From Octopus vulgaris (taxonomy: Eukaryota), in NCBI GenBank assembly GCA_951406725.2, contig OX597820.1, positions 32,736,001 through 32,800,000 on the forward strand: a DNA stretch of 64,000 nt, given 5' to 3'. Both the position numbers and the translations under genes were made by a program. Positions 20,795 through 33,477 of the stretch are shown piece by piece. Positions within the stretch are counted from its first letter, which is position 1. The number at the start of each line of letters is the position of its first letter. The notes under the pieces were generated by a model that saw nothing but the letters and a program-made list of their open reading frames with translations, was not told the origin of the DNA and did no database searches.

Positions 20795-20853
20795 ATATAC
20801 ACATACACACATATATAGACATATATATATATATGTATACATACACACACACG

Positions 20854-20907
<54 letters not shown>

Positions 20908-20931
20908 AATGACCCTAATAGTCTGTGACTA

Positions 20932-21012
<81 letters not shown>

Positions 21013-21016
<4 letters not shown>

Positions 21017-21175
21017 CACGGGGGTGGCTGTGTGGTAAGAAGCTTGCTTTCCAATCACATGGATCCGAGTTCAGTACCACTGAGCGATGCCTTGAGTAAG
21101 TATCTTCTACTATAGCCTCGGGCGGACCGAAGCCTTGTGAGTGGATTTCGTTGACGAAAAATGAACGAAGTCCCT
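21013..21175 (+). mobile_element. SINE family A head
   Basis: AGGCACGGGGGTGGCTGTGTGGTAAGAAGCTTGCTT...GAGTTCAGTACC...CTATAGCCTCGGGC. Confidence 0.8.
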
Positions 21176-21616
21176 CACAAATATTCCATTTGTAGTTACC
21201 CACAATCCTAGAAACCACAACATCCTGCACTCAGCCAAACGATACCTCACAATTCTCTCATCGATCGCCAAATCTCCAACGAATAATTAAAAATCACAAA
21301 TTCTCAACAGTGGAAGACAATCAACTGACCTCAAGACATTCCTAACAAAGGCAAGATTCACACTTAAAAAATGAAACGCTACAAGTAACCAACTGTTGTG
21401 GGACATGCGAATTAATTGAGCGAGGGACAACCAAAAGATCCAAGATTGGGAAGGATTTTTAAAAAAAACTAATCAACTGCATCACGTGCCCACAGTGCAA
21501 TGACAGCTACATTAGGGAGACAGAAGGGAAACTGACCAGCCGTGTAAATGTGCACAAACAACAAATTAGGGATTCATCTCTTAGGAATGTCCCATGAAGT
21601 GAACATCTAGATATCT

Positions 21617-21793
21617 ACAATTCTATATTTAAGAGATGAGGAATTATGTACATTATTTATATTTGACGGATATTTGTCCTCATCTTATTTGTTGTTAACA
21701 CAATATTTCGGCTGACATACCAGCCTTCATCAGGTGTCTTGAGGACATTTCGAACCTGCGTTCTCATTCCTAAGGTATTTTTCGATGTTGTTG

Positions 21794-21840
<47 letters not shown>

Positions 21841-21985
21841 ATCACAGCCTGAAATCGAACTCGGAATCTTGGGGTTAGTAACCCGCGCTCTTAACCACTA
21901 CGCCATATGCTCGTGTGCATATGGCGTAGTGTTAACAACAAACAAGATGAGGACAAATATCCGTCAAATGTAAATAATGTAAATA
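21617..21985 (-). mobile_element. Composite tRNA-headed SINE carrying a hammerhead ribozyme, with inverted terminal duplication and 12-bp TSD
   Basis: TSD ATCTAGATATCT at 21605-21616 and 21986-21997; minus head GCATATGGCGTAGTGGTTAAGAGCGCGGG...GAGTTCGATTTC (A and B boxes), (AAT)n linker, HHR, tail; 21649-21701 and 21929-21981 are inverted (51/53). Confidence 0.85.
21698..21737 (-). ncRNA. Hammerhead ribozyme motif inside the SINE
   Basis: Minus: ACAC-CTGATGA-A-GGCTG GTATGT CAGCC-GAAATATT-GTGT; canonical core, perfect 5-bp stem II, 4-bp stem I, palindromic AATATT at stem III. Confidence 0.8.
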
Positions 21986-22250
21986 ATCTAGATATCTGTG
22001 CAAATGGAAAATTTAAATTTTCCCATTTTACAAAATAAACAACGAAAATGTACAACTACGAAAAGCAAAAAAGGAATACTTTATAAGAATTCTAAATCCG
22101 AAATTAAACAGAAAATAACCAACACTTCAATTTAATAAACAATGGGAAAATAATATTTATGACTGAAACCATCACTACGACATTAAACCGGAAATAATTA
22201 ATATTTCTACTGCTACGTAAAAAATAACAACTTCCTCTTTAAGAGTACGT

Positions 22251-22283
22251 GTGTTTGAAGAAATTAACCGAAAGCGCTAACAC
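22251..22283 (+). ncRNA. Degenerate minimal hammerhead in the tail of the decayed Penelope element
   Basis: GTGT-TTGAAGA-AATTAACC-GAAAGCGCTA-ACAC; stem I GTGT/ACAC, palindromic AGCGCT stem III; C3 and stem II are mutated. Confidence 0.6.
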
Positions 22284-22414
22284 CCTAGAAAAAAAAATTC
22301 TTCCCAAAAATGGTTAGTAACATCCCCGTAATAGATTCCAGAACATTTTTTTTAAATGTTTTTAAAAATCATCCGTACACCTCAAAAGCTGCATTAAGTA
22401 ATTCTCATAGACTT

Positions 22415-22482
<68 letters not shown>

Positions 22483-22634
22483 ACAGAACGGATTTTATAT
22501 ATTAGGTATATATTTTTTTTTTGTAACGAATCAGAATATTTTATTTTCATTAAAACCTCAGTGTTTTAAACTCCACCTTTGATATTGTACTCTGTTTTGT
22601 ACGTATAATGAGTGCGTGTGCATGCATCAGTGTA

Positions 22635-22692
<58 letters not shown>

Positions 22693-22769
22693 CGTGTATG
22701 TGTGTGTGTGTGTGTGTTTGTAAGTTTGTGTGCGTGTGAATATTTGTGTGTGTGCGCATGCGCAGGTGT

Positions 22770-23278
22770 GAAAATGTTAAACAGGGCAGGGCATGTTGAG
22801 GAAAAGAAATTGTGTTGCAGCGTGTTTATATGTTGTGATCCTGAATTGGGTAGGGGACGTATGGTTCGTGGTCCTAGCCTTGGATAAATTTTGAAGCTAA
22901 TGTTAAGGTCGTTTGGGTGGTATATTCTCCACATCCTGCAAATGATGTATCACTCACGACAGCACTGGAGAGAATAGAGCTTCAATGCTTTAAGGTGGTC
23001 CCAATTATCAAGATCACTCATGCCCTTAATTCTTTTAGTGTATAACCTCTGGGGGGATTCGATTTTCGAGATGTTTTGTTTTGTATGGGGAGACCACAGG
23101 GGGCAGCATTATTCGAGGTGTGACCATACAGAGAAGGAGAAAAGAGGAATGATGACACTTTGTTCACTGGACCAGAAGGTTCTTAGGATCCAGGAGCTCA
23201 TCCTACGAGCTATATCGACCTCATTGTTGATTTGGGCACTCCAGTTGAGTTTGTTTTCAACAATTACGACGAAGATTA
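22770..23278 (-). mobile_element. CR1/L2-group LINE ORF2 C-terminal fragment with stops
   Basis: NKLNWSAQINNEVDIARRMSSWILRTF...IIPLFSFSVWSHLE*CCPLWSPHTKQNISKIESPQRLYTKRIKGM...LKALKLYSL resembles the CR1-type post-RT region. Confidence 0.75.
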
Positions 23279-23505
23279 CAGTTGATCCGGTCAACGAAAC
23301 GACCAGCTCGTGAAATTAACGTGCAAGTGGCTGAGTACTCCACAGACACATGTACCCTTAACGTAATTCTCATATAGATTCAGCGTGACACAAAATGTGA
23401 CAAGATAAGCCATTTTGAATTACGGGTACAACTCACTTTTGCCAGCTGCGTGAACTGAAGCAACTTGAAATAAAGTATCTTGCTCAAGGACACAACGCGG
23501 CGCTG
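23279..23505 (-). mobile_element. SINE with CORE-like middle and family C-type 3' body
   Basis: GCTCGTGAAATTAACGTGCAAGTGGCTGAGTACTCCACAGACAC...CTTGCTCAAGGACACAACGCG; matches 50850-51147. Confidence 0.75.
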
Positions 23506-23536
23506 GATAACCGAATCACTAAATAACGTGCCTTAC

Positions 23537-23644
<108 letters not shown>

Positions 23645-23654
23645 AATGTATATA

Positions 23655-23685
<31 letters not shown>

Positions 23686-24013
23686 GAATAGGTTTCTGTA
23701 TGCACTGGGCCACTCGGTGTTGAATAGCGTTACTATTAAATTAGTATCTAATTCTATCACCCTTATTAATTAATTATATATATATATGTATATGTATATG
23801 TATATATATATGTACATATATATACACACACACACACACGCACATCACTATATATATAGGTACAAACACGCATATATGTACATGTGTATGTGCATGCGTG
23901 TGTGTGCTTGTGTGTGTGTGTGCGTATGTGAATGTGAGAATATAATATGTATGTTTGTGTATATGTACTTACGATTGTATGTGAGGCCACTCGGCCTCAT
24001 GATGAGAGTGCCT

Positions 24014-24234
24014 ATTTCTTTACTACCCACAAGGGGCTAAACACAGAGGGGACAAACAAAGACAGACAAACGGATTAAGTCGATTATATCGACCCCAGTG
24101 CGTAACTGGTACTTAATTTATCGACCCCGAAAGGATGAAAGGCAAAGTCGACCTCGGCGGAATTTGAACTCAGAACGTAGCGGCAGACGAAATACGGCTA
24201 CGCATTTCGCCCGGCGTGCTAACGTTTCTGCCAG
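24014..24234 (-). mobile_element. SINE family B, full length
   Basis: ATTTCTTTACTACCCACAAGGGGCTAAACAC...CGACCCCGAAAGGATGAAAGGCAAAGTCGACCTCGGCGGAATTTGAACTC. Confidence 0.9.
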
Positions 24235-24457
24235 TGCCGGACACACGATCGTATGGCCACGGATTCCATTCGTGGCCTAGATTCCCTGCCTCCCCAACAA
24301 CATCTCTACTATCGCAATTACCTTCACCGCTACCAACTCCTTCACCTCTGCTGTTGGCACCACCTCCACTACAACCAATCCGAAAGGCACCACCCACAGG
24401 AAACACAACACCCTCTGCATGGTTTCTCAATCTGATAGATATGATAACCAAACGTCA

Positions 24458-24609
24458 GAGTGTCAATACTTTATTTCTATCGACCCCGAAAGAGTTTAAA
24501 GGCAAATTTGAACCCGGCGAAATTTGAACGCAGTACGTAGAGAGTCCGAACAAATACTGCTGCAATACGATTTTACCGATACTCCAACGATTTTGCCAGC
24601 TCATCGCCT
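24458..24609 (-). mobile_element. SINE family B, degenerate
   Basis: ATCGACCCCGAAAGAGTTTAAAGGCAAA...GCCAGCTCATCGCC. Confidence 0.65.
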
Positions 24610-25454
24610 GGATAGCAACAAAAACTGCAATCACAGCAACCACGGCATGACAATAACAACTAATACAATGCCTATATTGATTAATTTCTGGACACAAAAC
24701 CGAACACTCCTCTAAGCATCCAATTTTACCCTTCATTTCGTTTTCCGTCACTTGCTATGAAGTGTATGGAAAGTGTGTGTGTGTCTCTGTGTGTGTGTAT
24801 GCATATGTATGCATATTTGTGTATGTATGTATGTATGTATATTTGTATGTATATATGTATGTATGTATGTATGCATGTATGTATATATGTTTGTATGTAT
24901 GTATTTATACATGCATGTATGCATGTATGTATGTATGTATGTATGTATGTATGTATGTATGTTTGTATGTATGAATGAATGTATGTATGTTTGTATGGAT
25001 GGATGGATGTATATGTGTTTGTTTGTATGTATGTATGTATGTATGTATGTATGTATGTATGTATGTATGTATGTATATATGCATGTATACATATTTTTTG
25101 TATGTATGTATATATGTATGTATAGATGTGTGTGTATATACAAGAATTTTGCTGTGATTGATTGTATTGGTGACCACCCCCACTAACGACCTTATTTTCA
25201 CACTGTTCTTCAAGTATTATTAATAAAATCGGTGTGGTGGTGGTGGTGTTGGTGATGGTGGTCGTCGTCGACGTTGTTGTTGCTGTTGCCGGCAGTGGTG
25301 GTGATAGTGGTCGTGGTGCACATATAATTGTTCGCAAAATTTCTGCGATCATCTTAAAATTTTCATCTTTTCAGGGTCCATGAAATAAAGTACAAGCACT
25401 ACGGTCGGTGTATGTATGTATGTATGTGTGTGTGTATGTACGTATGTATGCATG

Positions 25455-25488
<34 letters not shown>

Positions 25489-25817
25489 TGTATGTATGTA
25501 TGTATGTATGTATGTATGTATGTATGTATGTGTATGCATGAATGTATGTGTGTATGTAAGTATGTATGTGTGAGTGTATGAGTATGTATGCATGTATGTA
25601 TGTATGGATATATATATATATGTGTGTGTGTGTGTATGTATGCATGTATCTATGCATGTATATATATATATGTATATATTAACAAACACATACACACACA
25701 CATACACAAACACACACAGAGGCACACAAATGTATGGATATGTACTTCAATACAACCATATTGAAGTACATATCCATATATTTATACACACATACACACG
25801 TGTGTGTTTGTGTATAC

Positions 25818-26154
25818 GAAGGCGCATGGTTCAGTGGTTAGATTGTTTGGCTCACAATCATGATGTAGTGAGTTCGAATCCCGGACTGGGCTGCATGTTG
25901 TGTTCATGAGCAAGACACCTTATTTCACGTTTTACCAGTTAACTCAGCTGTAGAAATGAGTTGCGACGTCACTGGTGCCAAGCTGTATCAGCCTTTGCCT
26001 TTTCTTTGGATAATATTGGTAACGTGGAGAGGAGAGGCTGGTATGCAAGGGCGACTGCTGGCCTTCCATAAACAACCTTGCCCGGACTTGCGCCTTGGAG
26101 GGTAACTTTCTAGGTGCAATCCCATGGTCATTCATGACCGAATGGGGTCTCACC

Positions 26155-26158
<4 letters not shown>
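25818..26158 (+). mobile_element. SINE family D (tRNA head + CORE-like domain)
   Basis: GAAGGCGCATGGTTCAGTGGTTAG...GAGTTCGAATCCCGG...TGTGTTCATGAGCAAGACAC...CTCAGCTGTAGAAATG; matches 48009-48345. Confidence 0.85.
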
Positions 26159-26214
<56 letters not shown>

Positions 26215-26319
26215 GTGCGCGCGCTTTTGTATGTATGTAAATATGTATATATACAACAGTATACATATGTTTCTGTGTATGTGTATGAGATTGTGTGAGT
26301 CACGTGCGCTATGTTTTGG

Positions 26320-26520
26320 CCGTTTCTTCGTGTCCAAAGATCTCAGAAGTGGCCTATCCTCCGGTGGCTACATGAACAGATCCTTGATGCTACAGGGTCT
26401 TCTTCCTGCTTGCGTTTACTTGTTTCAAAGGGAGAGTCATTCTGCACAATTCGATCCAACACTTTAGACTGGGAAGTCTGACCATGGCGACCCAGCGGAC
26501 TTATGACAAATGCGTGACGA
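26320..26520 (-). mobile_element. Probable degenerate RTE-type LINE 3' fragment
   Basis: Frame-broken RWVAMVRLP...KRK/AGRRP...KDL...EDRPLLRS recalls the RTE C-terminal RWLGHVxR...GRP...DRxxWR. Confidence 0.35.
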
Positions 26521-26769
26521 GCAAGCTGTAGGTTTTACATGGTGAATTTCCTTTGAAGGTTGGAAAGAGCCACGTAACCATGCATTGCTGAAAAGGTGAC
26601 AGAGTTACATTGTTGAGGCTGACTCGCTTAAGTAGACCTTGGAACACTAATGGCTAAGGGGCGGTTTCATGTTCGTCAAAACCCCGGAGCTCCCGATCCT
26701 GAACCTAATTACCGGACGCACTTTAAAATCATACCCAGGACACACACAGACGCATATATATAAATACAT

Positions 26770-26915
26770 GGACATGTCTGTGATAAGAAGCTTGCTTCTC
26801 AATCACAGGGTTCCGGATTCAGTCCCACTGCGTAGGGCAAGTGTCTTCTACTATAGCCTCAAGTTGACCAAAGCCTTGTGAGTGGAATTAGTAGACGAAA
26901 CTGAAAGAAGCCTGT

Positions 26916-26918
<3 letters not shown>
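26770..26918 (+). mobile_element. SINE family A head
   Basis: TAAGAAGCTTGCTTCTCAATCACAGGGTTCCGGATTCAGTCCCACTGCG...CAAAGCCTTGTGAGTGG. Confidence 0.75.
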
Positions 26919-26967
<49 letters not shown>

Positions 26968-27251
26968 AGACCATTGAAAATATTGCAGGACTCAACGAAA
27001 ATTTTAGGAAAATAAAAATAAGAAATAAGTGGAAAAAAAGAAAATGACTCTCCCCAGACACAACAGAATATGCTTCAACACACGAACTCATATAAAGGAT
27101 CTTGCAAACCAAATCCAAAAGCGAAATGTAAACATATAGATAGATATATGTGTATATAGAATACACACGGATATATATGTGTATATCTATAATTATGGAT
27201 AGCTATATGCTATTGTTATTCATACAACATTGCTCACCTACAAATATGGAG

Positions 27252-27317
<66 letters not shown>

Positions 27318-27330
27318 ATATAATATACAG

Positions 27331-27389
<59 letters not shown>

Positions 27390-28019
27390 TACATACATAC
27401 ATACATACATACATACATACATACATACATACATACATACATACATACATAGATATAATATTTATATCATTTATTTCAAATGTGTGTATGTGTGTATGCG
27501 TATGTATACATTTCATATAAAAGTCCATACTTAAATAAATAAATAGACAGTATCCAAATATATATACTATAAAAATATAAGTATATATAAAAATTAATAT
27601 ACATTCCTGCCTGTCTATATGTGTGTGTATGTGTGTGAAAAGTTTCTTATGTATATATATAATGTACTTTTCCTTGGATTTTTTTTTCCATTTTTTTATT
27701 ACACAAATCATTCTTTACCACAAGTGTTATAAAGACGAATGCAACCTGTTGTTAAAATAGGGTGCTTGTGCTGACTGCAAAGTGGCCCCTAGGGATTAAG
27801 GTGCGTCTTTTAAATAACTTGCTTTATACGGTGTCCCAAAAGATTGAATTAGTTTTATGAAATCTTTCATAGATTAAGCGAAATATATTAATATATTGTA
27901 CACAAGGAGGCTTAAAACACATACACACACTCACACACTATTACACACATACACACAACACACAAATACATAAACATGTGTGTATGTGTGTGAGCATGTG
28001 TGAGCGTGTGTATGTGTAT

Positions 28020-28087
<68 letters not shown>

Positions 28088-28348
28088 CATGTGTGTCTAC
28101 TTTATACTGTAAAGTACATTCTGTAGGCCATTTACCGGAAACAATATTATCTTAGTCGGATGCCAATGTTGTATATCTGTTCAGATACACAACTAAGTAT
28201 ATATACCCGTGTATATACATATGCGCACGCACGCACACACACACACACACACTGATATTTACACATAAACATCTATATAATTATATAGACATAAATATGT
28301 TGAATGAAAGCTAGCTAGCAAACTAGCTTGATAGATGGATAGATAGAC

Positions 28349-28433
<85 letters not shown>

Positions 28434-28461
28434 CATAGATACATAGATACATAGATAGATG

Positions 28462-28527
<66 letters not shown>

Positions 28528-28931
28528 CAGACATATATACAAACATATATTCATATAAACATGCATACATACATATATACATACATACATACATACAAGC
28601 ATGCATGCGTACACACATACAAACACACATTGATAAGGTTGGATAGATATATATTTACCAATTTTGACAACTAAAATAGACAGACTGACAGACGGACAGA
28701 CAGAAGGACACACAGACAGCTAGATAGATAGATCGATACACGAATAAACAGATAGATCTTGCATAAATACTTACAGACATACAAACATACACTATTTATT
28801 AAACGAACATTATTTATTAAACTTTCTTCAAACATATTGGCGATGCCATACTTTCTGATGTTGTCCACTCCTTACTTAAATGTACATCAAATTCACGAGA
28901 ATTTATATTCGTGCCTCCATCCATACATAGA

Positions 28932-29021
<90 letters not shown>

Positions 29022-29312
29022 TGTATGTATGTACGTATGTACGTATGTATGTATGTGTATATATATATATATATATGTGTGTGTGTATGTGTGTGTGTGT
29101 ATGAAAATATAGGTTTGTATGTATTAATGTGTGCGTTGATGGGCTGATGTGTTATCTTATTTGACATAAATCTTGAAGCACTATACAACTATATTACAGC
29201 AGGTAGTTTCGTAAAGCGAGGCTGGTAGTTCAAACATCGGTTTCGACCATGTGCATACTTTTTATATAGTTGTGTATAAATGTGCGTGAGTGTATGCATG
29301 AGTACATATATA

Positions 29313-29352
<40 letters not shown>

Positions 29353-29429
29353 GATCTATCTGTATCTATCTATCTATCTTTCTATCCATCTATCGATCTA
29401 TCTGTATCTATCTATCTATCTATCTATCG

Positions 29430-29515
<86 letters not shown>

Positions 29516-29595
29516 GTATGTATATACATGCATACGTACAAATACGCACGTATACATGCACACATACATACATGCATACATACATACATACTTAC

Positions 29596-29677
<82 letters not shown>

Positions 29678-30257
29678 GCGTTTGTCAATATTTCCTCGTG
29701 TTATGCTAAGAAGCGGTGCTCGGTTCCAGAATTTTCGACTCGAGTCAAGTATAAGAAACTATGGAAGAATCGTTGTTAGAGAATCTGCATGAGCGGAGTC
29801 TAGACCAGTTGGTTTGTACAGGCATCGAATCATATTTCAAGTAATTTTTAAATGCAACTAAATTCTGAAATCATTTAATCCATACACACACACAAGCATA
29901 CACGCACGCACACACGCATACACATACACACACACACACGCACACACACATACACACACACACACACACAAGCATACACACACAAGTACACACACGAACA
30001 CAAGTACACATACATACATACAAGCACGCACACACTAGCACACACAGAAGCATACACACACAAACAAGCACACACAAGCTCGCACACAGAAGCACACACA
30101 CAAACACACATACACATATTCAACATATATATTCGTTTGTATATATGTGTGTGTACATGTATTTATACACATTTGTGTAGAACAAATAGCGAGGGATTAT
30201 CAATCCGGACAAAATACTTCATAAGCTCTCTGTTGGCACACCAGGTTAACAATAATA

Positions 30258-30291
<34 letters not shown>

Positions 30292-30295
<4 letters not shown>

Positions 30296-30600
30296 TATCC
30301 AAACAAGAAAACAAAAAGACAACAACGCAAGGACGTGGAACAAATAAAGTATTATTGGACGCTCAGGAAAGAAGGGAAGAAGGAGGGTTTGACGTTTCGA
30401 GCGGAGCTCTTCGTCGGAAACATAGGAGAAGAAAAGACCCCGAGAAGGGAAGACAGAGGAAAAAAAATCGCTAGTGATACAGACGAGGTCACATACTAAA
30501 AGACGGAAGTGGTCAGAGTAGAAGAAAATGTTTTTAAAATAACAGGAGAGCTATATCAAAGACGGAATGGTAAAGAAGGTGTGCGAAGATGACAAGTGTA
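30292..30600 (-). mobile_element. Solo Penelope-type tail (family 2) with 3' end at (TA)n
   Basis: Reverse complement matches 35770-35980; shares TTCCTGAGCG..AATA with family 1 tails. Confidence 0.75.
30387..30421 (-). ncRNA. Minimal hammerhead ribozyme motif
   Basis: Minus: GTTT-CCGACGA-A-GAGC TCC GCTC-GAAACGTC-AAAC; stem I GTTT/AAAC, GUC triplet, U4C variant. Confidence 0.7.
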
Positions 30601-30610
30601 TGTGTGTGAG

Positions 30611-30702
<92 letters not shown>

Positions 30703-30962
30703 GCGAACAACACGGTAGCAGGCTAGTAGTAGAATTAAGGAGTGGTGTGTGGCTACACTAGCAGGTCAAAATGGCAGGTCAAAAACAATACATATATATA
30801 TGAACATATATATATATATATATACACACATACATACATACATACATACATACATACATACATACATACATACATACATACATACATACATACGTACGTA
30901 CATACATATGTATATATATATGCATATATACATATATTACATGGAAAAGTGCGAGCATGAAA

Positions 30963-31330
30963 AGTAATATTCTTAAGATTATAAATAAGGAAAAGTACAG
31001 GACAAGTTATTGCTTCTAGTAAAGAATATTAAAATATTGCAGCAAAGAATGCCACTTGTAACTTATCACTCTTTACGTTTCTCATCTTTTAAATTTTTTG
31101 TACAAAACTGTTCAGCTAATTTGTAGGTTTGTCTAATTAGTCACTTTTTTCTGTATTTAAGTTAGTAAAATTAGCCAAATTTTACTTAAATAAGTATAGT
31201 GTCATGTGAAAACTATAACAAAAAGTTTCTTATTCTTTATTTTATTTGAAGTAATAGTTTGTCCTATACTTTTACAGGTATAATAACTTGTCCTGTACTT
31301 TTCCAGGTTTATAATCTTAAGAATATTACT
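30963..31330. repeat. 49-bp inverted repeat pair (MITE-like)
   Basis: 30963-31011 versus reverse complement of 31282-31330: 46/49 identical. Confidence 0.8.
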
Positions 31331-31712
31331 CTGGTCGAAAGTTGAGGTCAAAGTTACCAGAAAGAAATTTTGCAAACCAGTTTGATACTGTCTGCTGTGT
31401 AATATTAGAATGAAATACTCCATTAAAATTCCAAGCTGTCTGTGATGCTGTATTTCCAAAAAAGAACTCATTTTTCAAAACTGTACTAATTTGCGAATTA
31501 TCTATCTCTAACCAAAAATAGCAAAAAACGATTTATAAATACTTTATAAAGCGCAAAATGAGTTAGACTAAAGAAATAGATGTGTCAGCTTTCTAACAAA
31601 CAAAAAAATATTGTCAAAATATAATAATGGCGCAAAATGAGCAGCTGTCAAAGTTTACCATATACCTTACAACAAATTTTATACTTGGCGACCTAATATT
31701 ATTAGGCGGAGA

Positions 31713-32585
31713 GGGCAGCTAGCTGGCAGAATCATTAGCCTGCTGTACAAAATGCTTGGCAGCATTTCATCCGTCCTTACGTTCTGAATTTAAATTCTGC
31801 CGAGATCGACTCTGCCTTTCATCATTGCGAGTCGATAAAATAAATACCAGTTGAGTACTGGGGTCGATGTAACCGATTTACCCACTCCCTTGTAATTGCA
31901 GGCCTTGTCTCAAACTTTGAAATCGATATTATTAGGCGGAGATTCTGGTTCTTTGCGTTCTGAGTTCAAATTCCGCCGAGTTCGATTTTGCTTCTTATCC
32001 TTTTGGCCTATAGTAGAAGGATGTTATTCGGCGGAGAAGTAAAACATATATAAACTGGTGGACGTTTAGATTACAAATCAGGAAAAGTACTCAACACATG
32101 GAGTAGACTATAATTAGAGTATAATCCTTTGTACTATAGGCCCAATGCCTGAAATTGCGGTGGAGAGGCTAGTCGATTACAACGAACCCAGTAATCAATT
32201 GGTGCTAATTTCATCGACCTCGAATGAATGAAGGCCAAAGGTGACTTCGGCGATATTTGAAATCAGAATGTTAACCAGAAGATATGTTTTCCGACCTCCT
32301 AAACAATCCTGCCAGCTCGCCGCCCTAAAACTAGAGCGCAACAACAAGGACAGGAGGAAAGTATATATTTCTTTATTGCCCACAAGGGGCTAAACATAGA
32401 GGGGACAAACAAGGACAGACAAAGGGATTAAGTCGATTACACCGACCCCAGTTCGAAACTGGTACTTTATTTATCGACCCCGAAAGGATGAAAGGCAAAG
32501 TCGACCTCGGCGGAATTTGAACTCAGAAGAAATACGGCTACACATTTCGTCCGGCGTGCTAACGTTTCTGCCAGCTCGCCGCCTT
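31713..32585. mobile_element. Cluster of four SINE family B copies (31713-31925 +, ~31945-32020 +, 32130-32325 -, 32365-32585 -)
   Basis: Repeated GCCTTTCATC / GATGAAAGGCAAAGTCGACCTCGGCGG motifs. Confidence 0.8.
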
Positions 32586-32660
32586 GTCAGGAGGAAAATA
32601 TAATCATAGCTAAATGTATATATGTGAATCAATATTCACCTCGTTTTGAAAATGTATATA

Positions 32661-33226
32661 TTACGTTGTCCGGAAAGTTCGTGCTGATTTATTGTAGCTT
32701 ACCTTTCAACTTATTTTAGAACATGGTTAAGTCCATAAAATAGGATTTGACTACACCTCCATTTAGAGCACATTTTAAGCAGTCTTTTCGTGGAAGAACG
32801 TCTATGTTCCTATAACCTGTGTTAATTTTGTAACCCTTTAAAATGGAACATAAGAAAGTACATTTTCGGCACTTGATGCTTTGGGAACCATACAAAAATT
32901 GCTGCAGCTCGGCTGGGATGTGTTACCCTACTCTCCATGTTCCCCAGATATTGCTCCTTCGGATTTTCACTTATTCAGGTCTCTGTAGTATAGTCTTAAT
33001 GGTAAAAATTTCAATTCCTTGGATTACGTAAAAAGATACTTTGATGAATTCTTTGCCATGAAACCACCTCAATTCTGAGAAGAGGGTATTTTCAAGTTAT
33101 AGGAAAGATAGAGGCGCATTGTGACACAAAATGGTTCATATTTGGTTGATTAAAAATGTAAGGGCAAGTATTTATTGACCTTTCTCTTTCCTTTAAAAAT
33201 CGGCACGAACTTTCCGGACAACCCAA
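32661..33226 (+). mobile_element. Non-autonomous mariner (internal deletion derivative), copy 1
   Basis: TA TSDs; TIR TTACGTTGTCCGGAAAGTTCGTGCTGATTT / AAATCGGCACGAACTTTCCGGACAACCCAA; SPDIAPSDFHLFRSL motif with stops. Confidence 0.9.
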
Positions 33227-33477
33227 TATTACCTGTAGTCAAACCATAACAGCAACGAGAGAAAAGTGTTTGACTAGTCCCGTATATATAATCCGCACCA
33301 GTGATCGCTTATCTATCCCCTCCTTCAATTGGCGAAAACAACTTATGAAAAAAAACAACTATTGCAGGTGTAAAGAAATTTATATTATGGTTCAAATAGG
33401 ATGGATAGAGTTCCGTAAGAAAATCAACAATACAGTGTGGTCATGAAAAAATATATATACGGAAATCTTATATACTC

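Larger units (their letters stand above)
21180..22416 (+). mobile_element. Decayed Penelope-like element (linker + GIY-YIG endonuclease + 3' tail), interrupted by an insertion at 21617-21985
   Basis: Manual translation: IPFVVTHNPRN...CCGTC...LINCITCPQCNDSYIRETEGKLTSRVNVHKQQIR...SEHLDI|CANGKFK...YFIRILNPKLN; HHR in the tail; ends at (TA)n. Confidence 0.8.

Noticed and set aside
21840-21910. Possible tRNA gene (also heads at 25818, 48009, 52227)
   Set aside because: A/B boxes are present but there is no closing acceptor stem, and each continues into a repeat body; these are SINE heads.
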